The position numbers and the translations under genes were made by a program. 64,000 nt of DNA, taken from Terriglobia bacterium. GTDB taxonomy: Bacteria > Acidobacteriota > Terriglobia > 2-12-FULL-54-10. The notes below the pieces were generated by a model. The model saw only the letters and a list, made by a program, of their open reading frames with translations. It was not told where the DNA came from and made no database searches. Shown here one piece after another: positions 59,612 through 64,000 of this stretch (position 1 is the first letter of the stretch; the number at the start of each line of letters is the position of its first letter). The DNA is taken from positions 1,152,001-1,216,000 of the forward strand of contig CAXVYR010000004.1 in NCBI GenBank assembly GCA_963666975.2. The letters are read 5' to 3'.

Positions 59612-60160
59612 TCATTTACGACCCCGCAGGAGGTCATCGAATTCTTTCTCGAACTTCTCCACCTTGGGATTGATTACAAATCGGCAATAAGGCTGCTCAA
59701 AATTGTTTTTGTAGTATTCCCGATGGTATGGTTCAGCCGGGTAGAAATGTTCTAGCGGGTTTACTTCCGTTACGATGGGATTGGAAAAGGCATGTGATTC
59801 TTGGAGGCCGTCGATGAAAGCCTCGGCTTCGCGCCTTTGATCTTCATTGGCATAGAGAATGATGGACCGATACTGCGTGCCCTGATCATGGTCCTGCCGA
59901 TTCAGGGTTGTCGGGTCATGAGTGCCAAAAAACACTGCCAGGAGGCTTCTGTAGGAGATCTGCGACGGGTCAAACTCAACTTGAATTACCTCCGCATGCC
60001 CCGTGTCGCCGCTACAGACCGGCTGATAGGTCGGATCAGCCGTGCGACCGCCCGCGTATCCCGGCAGAACGGATGTGACCCCCTGTAACCGCTCGAATAC
60101 CGCCTCAATGCACCAGAAGCATCCGCCTCCAAACACAGCTGACTGTATATCCTGCGTCAT
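59612..60160 (-). CDS. msrA: Peptide methionine sulfoxide reductase A
   Basis: GGGCFWC, GHAEV, HDPTTLNRQ, QYRS, AE.YH..YY. Confidence 0.96.
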   Translation of the reverse strand: MTQDIQSAVFGGGCFWCIEAVFERLQGVTSVLPGYAGGRTADPTYQPVCSGDTGHAEVIQVEFDPSQISYRSLLAVFFGTHDPTTLNRQDHDQGTQYRSIILYANEDQRREAEAFIDGLQESHAFSNPIVTEVNPLEHFYPAEPYHREYYKNNFEQPYCRFVINPKVEKFEKEFDDLLRGRK

Positions 60161-60294
60161 GCAATACCAGCTAAGAAACCGTGATTAAAGCGGAATTTCC
60201 GATATTGACCTTCCCCTTCGCCCAAAAGCACACCCCAGCCGTCCTGTAGTTGCAATCATGTGTTCCGATCCCATGCCTGCAACGGGAAACGAAC

Positions 60295-61113
60295 TTAGGG
60301 CCCCGCCCGGAACTCAGACAAGGTCGCCTCGGGCGCGGTGAAATAGCGGTCTTCCACTTCCGCGTAGATGCCGATGTTTCGGTGCAGTATTTTTCGGCTC
60401 GGATCGCTCGGGGAAATTCGGTCCGCGGCAAGCTGCACGCCACCATAATCCCGCCAATCAGACCACTTCATGAATGTGCGCGGCACCTGTCTTCCCTTTA
60501 GCACGTAAGCCCACTGGTCCATTAAGCGGGTCTGCTTGTTGACATAACCCCAAAAGGTGTCTTCGGGAGTCAAGCCGACATTGTCGTAGGTCAACCGAAC
60601 CACGTCGTAGGCCTGGCCCTCAATTTGTTCCTCCCCTTCATATTTCAGGCTGACTCCGGGGTCCTTCCACTTGAAAGGCATGTAAAACCAGTAGCCATCG
60701 TTAATGAAGCGCCCGTAGCCGAAGTCGAGCCATTTCTGATTGTCTTCGGCGGAAACCGGCTGTCCATCCAAGTAAGCCGTGCCTTGTTTGGAGTTCACAT
60801 TGAACAGGACCGTCAGCAGCTTTCCTTCATTCATGCCCTCCACGCGATACCGCCCGGTGTGCTTATCCCAAAGATGTTGATAGTTGCGAACAGTCCCGCC
60901 ATCCCGCTCCACGATCCAGTCGTAGCGCAGGAAACGAGCGCGCCTCCAGGCATCCATGCCGCCCAGAGCCTGCGCCAGTTCATCCGCGACCTGAATGGCG
61001 CGGGCGTCTGAGCCGGAAGGGTCAAATGCTTGCGGCGGAGCTTGCTGCCCACTGGTTCCTACGACTCCCGCCAAGCCGCACAGAACCACTAGCAGGGCCC
61101 GTTTTACTTGCAT
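60295..61113 (-). CDS. Secreted beta-rich hypothetical protein
   Basis: Signal peptide; ALGGMDAW, MPFKWKDPGV, VGLTP.D; AAGGAGG RBS. Confidence 0.75.
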   Translation of the reverse strand: MQVKRALLVVLCGLAGVVGTSGQQAPPQAFDPSGSDARAIQVADELAQALGGMDAWRRARFLRYDWIVERDGGTVRNYQHLWDKHTGRYRVEGMNEGKLLTVLFNVNSKQGTAYLDGQPVSAEDNQKWLDFGYGRFINDGYWFYMPFKWKDPGVSLKYEGEEQIEGQAYDVVRLTYDNVGLTPEDTFWGYVNKQTRLMDQWAYVLKGRQVPRTFMKWSDWRDYGGVQLAADRISPSDPSRKILHRNIGIYAEVEDRYFTAPEATLSEFRAGP

Positions 61114-61343
61114 GCGGAACCTCCTTCTTTTCTGAAGTACGAAGTGTTAGGAAACGTTTGCTATCATACCGGAGGCACGGAGGAGAGGCAAGCTGTCCGT
61201 AGTTTCATGCATGGAGGCAGAAGGCCGCGTCTGCCGGGCAGACCAGGAGAGGGCCATAGAAAAATAACCGGGTTTGAGATTTTGACGCAGATCTCAGCCT
61301 CCCTCGATACACCAATTTGAAATATGCTCTAGACGGGATGACG

Positions 61344-62141
61344 TCAAACCCGTGGCGTCGCGTGCTGTACCATCTCGATCAAAACCGTTCTCGTTTCCTG
61401 TGAGTTTCCCACTTCACGGGTGAACGGGATCCGGACGGCGTGCACGCGGACTGCCGTTTTCATCCGTAAGTGAAAGCCGAGGCGATCGACTGACGTCATC
61501 GTAGCTTCCTCCGCTTCTACCCCGGCAAAGCCCCGGGCCAGAAGAACCAGGGCATCAGCATGGTCAGCGTTCATGTGCTGGATGATTTCAGATGCGGTGT
61601 CGGCCAGTGGATCGGCTTCTGCTCGGGCGTATTCATCAGCCGCCACCCAACCCATCACGCCGAAACCACCCACGTAGTAGACATCGACGATCTCCATTCG
61701 ATAGAAGTCGAAGTCTTTGAAGTCCACCCAATACTTGGCGTCCTCGTACCGGCCCAGATAGAGGTCTCGCACCTGTTTCACCTCTTCCTCCGGAACTCTT
61801 GCAGTCTTTCCCATAAGCGTGAGCCGGGCGGCGCCCAACGGATCCCGACTCGCGTCGGGGTGGGTTAGCAGCAGACTGGCGCGGGAGTCACCCAAAATAT
61901 TCTGGGTGTGCATGGCCATGGTGCTAATGAGAAAGGAAGGCCTGCCGAGTTGATCCAACCCGTAGGGCATCACCGAACCGAACGGCCAGCCCGGTCGTTT
62001 CTGGGAAAGAGTTGACAAGCTTCCAGTGCGACCGAGGTGCACCAAGGTGCGTGCGCGTTCAGCGTAGGAGGGCTCTGGAACCGGGCGTTCGTCAGTTGAC
62101 GATCCGGGGCTGGCGTGTTGTCGGGAAGAGCGATTGGACAC
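61344..62141 (-). CDS. Pyridoxamine 5'-phosphate oxidase-like/HugZ family protein with DUF2470
   Basis: LSTLS..G.PFGS, HTQNI, VGGFG.MGWV, HMNADH, VDRLG; AGGAGG RBS. Confidence 0.88.
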   Translation of the reverse strand: MSNRSSRQHASPGSSTDERPVPEPSYAERARTLVHLGRTGSLSTLSQKRPGWPFGSVMPYGLDQLGRPSFLISTMAMHTQNILGDSRASLLLTHPDASRDPLGAARLTLMGKTARVPEEEVKQVRDLYLGRYEDAKYWVDFKDFDFYRMEIVDVYYVGGFGVMGWVAADEYARAEADPLADTASEIIQHMNADHADALVLLARGFAGVEAEEATMTSVDRLGFHLRMKTAVRVHAVRIPFTREVGNSQETRTVLIEMVQHATPRV

Positions 62142-62572
62142 TCAGTCATTCCTCCTGTTACCGCTATCCTGATCGGACGTCTCGGTTAACTATTTTACTC
62201 TCCACCAATACGGATTTTCCATTCATGATAAGGAAGATCGTACGGGGTAGTTAGTCTTCATTAGGCCGCATCCTCAGTCAAGTCAACGCGAACGGTCCCA
62301 CTCTGGGGCGCAGGCCTTTGCCTCACGGTACGGTAACGATTGGGTGCTTCCTCCGTCTACTGTTGCTGACTCGCCCCCATCTCCTTCTGAAGAAGGCGCT
62401 TATACCCGATCTGAAGCAAAACAGAATTATTGATGACGCCGAAATCGGCTGTAATATCTTGCGCCCTAAAGCGATAAGCCCATTCCAGCAACACCCAATG
62501 ACAGAAACACCCTCCTACTAGCACCAGCCACTTTGCAACATAGCTGGAATATCCGTAATTTATTGAGAAGTT

Positions 62573-62648
<76 letters not shown>

Positions 62649-62807
62649 CCGAAGGAAGCGGATGTGAAGGGAAGCAACCAGCTAATCATGCCATCATCCA
62701 GCCGTTAGCCAGTGTAACCCAAAAGCAAGCTACAAGAAAGATGCTCGTGCCAGAAAGAAGCGGAACCATTCATCCAACTGTTTGCCTGCCGGACGTTTAG
62801 AACGGCC

Positions 62808-64000
62808 TTACCCGGCGCTCATGGAGGCGAGGAAGTCGGAGTTAGCTTTGGTTTTGGAGAGCTTGTCCAGCAGCAGTTCCATCGACTCGGTCGGCGACAG
62901 CTGATTCAGCAACTTCCGCAGCACCCACACACGGTTCAGTTCATCCTTGGGCAGCAGCAACTCCTCCTTGCGCGTCCCCGAGCGGTTGATGTCGATCGCC
63001 GGAAACACCCGCTTGTCCACCAGCTTCCTCTCCAGGATGATCTCGCAGTTGCCCGTCCCCTTGAACTCCTCGAAGATCACGTCGTCCATGCGGCTGCCGG
63101 TGTCAATCAGCGCCGTGGCGACGATCGTCAGGCTGCCGCCCTCTTCGATGTTCCGCGCCGCCCCGAAGAAGCGCTTGGGCCGCTGCAAGGCGTTTGAATC
63201 CACGCCGCCGCTCAAAATCTTGCCCGACGGCGGCACAATCGCGTTATAGCCCCTTGCCAGCCGCGTGATCGAGTCCAGCAGAATCACCACGTCCCGGCGG
63301 TGCTCCACCAGCCGCTTGGCTTTTTCCATCACCATCTCGGCCACTTGCACGTGACGCGCCGCCGGCTCGTCAAACGTCGAGCTGATCACCTCGCCCTGCA
63401 CCGACCGTTGCATGTCGGTTACTTCCTCCGGGCGCTCGTCAATCAGCAGCACGATCAGGGTGACCTCGGGATGGTTGGTGGTGACGGAGTTGGCGATGGA
63501 CTGCAGCAGCATGGTCTTGCCGGTTCGCGGCGGAGAGACGATCAGGCCCCGCTGGCCTTTTCCGATCGGCGTCATCAGGTCCATCACCCGCCCGGAGAGG
63601 CTTCCTTTGTCGGTCTCCAGCCGGAGCCGGTCCTGCGGATACAGAGGCGTCAGGTTGTCGAAGAATATCTTGTTCCGCGACTCCTCCGGCGACTCGAAAT
63701 TCACCGCCTCCACTTTGATCAGGGCGAAGTAGCGCTCCCCATCTTTGGGAGGCCGAATCTGCCCGGAGACGGTGTCGCCGGTGCGGAGGTCAAAGCGGCG
63801 GATCTGCGAGGGGGAGACGTAGATGTCGTCCGGCCCGGGCAGGTAGTTGTAGTCCGGAGCGCGGAGAAACCCAAAGCCATCCGGCAAGGTTTCCAGCACC
63901 CCCTCGGAAAAGATCAAACCATCCTTTTCCGTTTGCGCCTGCAGAATTTTGAAGATCAACTCCTGCTTCCGCAACGCAGTGGCTCCTGGAACGTCCAACT
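62808..64000 (-). CDS. rho: Transcription termination factor Rho (5' end outside window)
   Basis: [48 protein letters not shown]. Confidence 0.98.
   Translation of the reverse strand, partial: LDVPGATALRKQELIFKILQAQTEKDGLIFSEGVLETLPDGFGFLRAPDYNYLPGPDDIYVSPSQIRRFDLRTGDTVSGQIRPPKDGERYFALIKVEAVNFESPEESRNKIFFDNLTPLYPQDRLRLETDKGSLSGRVMDLMTPIGKGQRGLIVSPPRTGKTMLLQSIANSVTTNHPEVTLIVLLIDERPEEVTDMQRSVQGEVISSTFDEPAARHVQVAEMVMEKAKRLVEHRRDVVILLDSITRLARGYNAIVPPSGKILSGGVDSNALQRPKRFFGAARNIEEGGSLTIVATALIDTGSRMDDVIFEEFKGTGNCEIILERKLVDKRVFPAIDINRSGTRKEELLLPKDELNRVWVLRKLLNQLSPTESMELLLDKLSKTKANSDFLASMSAG

Noticed and set aside
59612-60160. MsrA as a further selenoprotein
   Set aside because: Active-site GCFWC is encoded by ordinary Cys codons.

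Overview
GC-rich bacterial chromosomal window, most likely Acidobacteriota (TIGR03437-type C-terminal domain, HEAT proteins, ruvX-mltG followed by a Lol-like ABC block). The backbone is ordinary: pyk, ruvX, mltG, an M16 peptidase pair, PilS/PilR-like system, uvrC, PhoD-like phosphatase, hemH, hemJ, HU, msrA, tRNA-Met and rho. The main result is two candidate UGA-recoded (selenocysteine) genes that the ORF track splits or misses. (1) A ~754-aa exported beta-propeller (45774-48038, minus) whose repeat register runs straight through a single in-frame TGA followed by a stem-loop; it lies directly upstream of an LVIVD-like propeller gene. (2) A small FmdB-type zinc-ribbon gene (15810-15998, minus) ending FT-UGA-A-R-UAG, with a hairpin at the same spacing and GGUC loop as the E. 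coli fdhF SECIS. Also found: a decayed integron-type cassette array with attC-like sites (34.2-36.8 kb); a nested mobile-element cluster (two IS256 copies, one IS4-family element and a 99-bp TA-flanked MITE) whose removal restores a Ser/Thr kinase N-terminus, with the second IS256 cutting the HU gene off from its promoter; and a ~9-kb integrase-less island at tRNA-Met. All calls come from reading the sequence; no database searches or folding programs were run.
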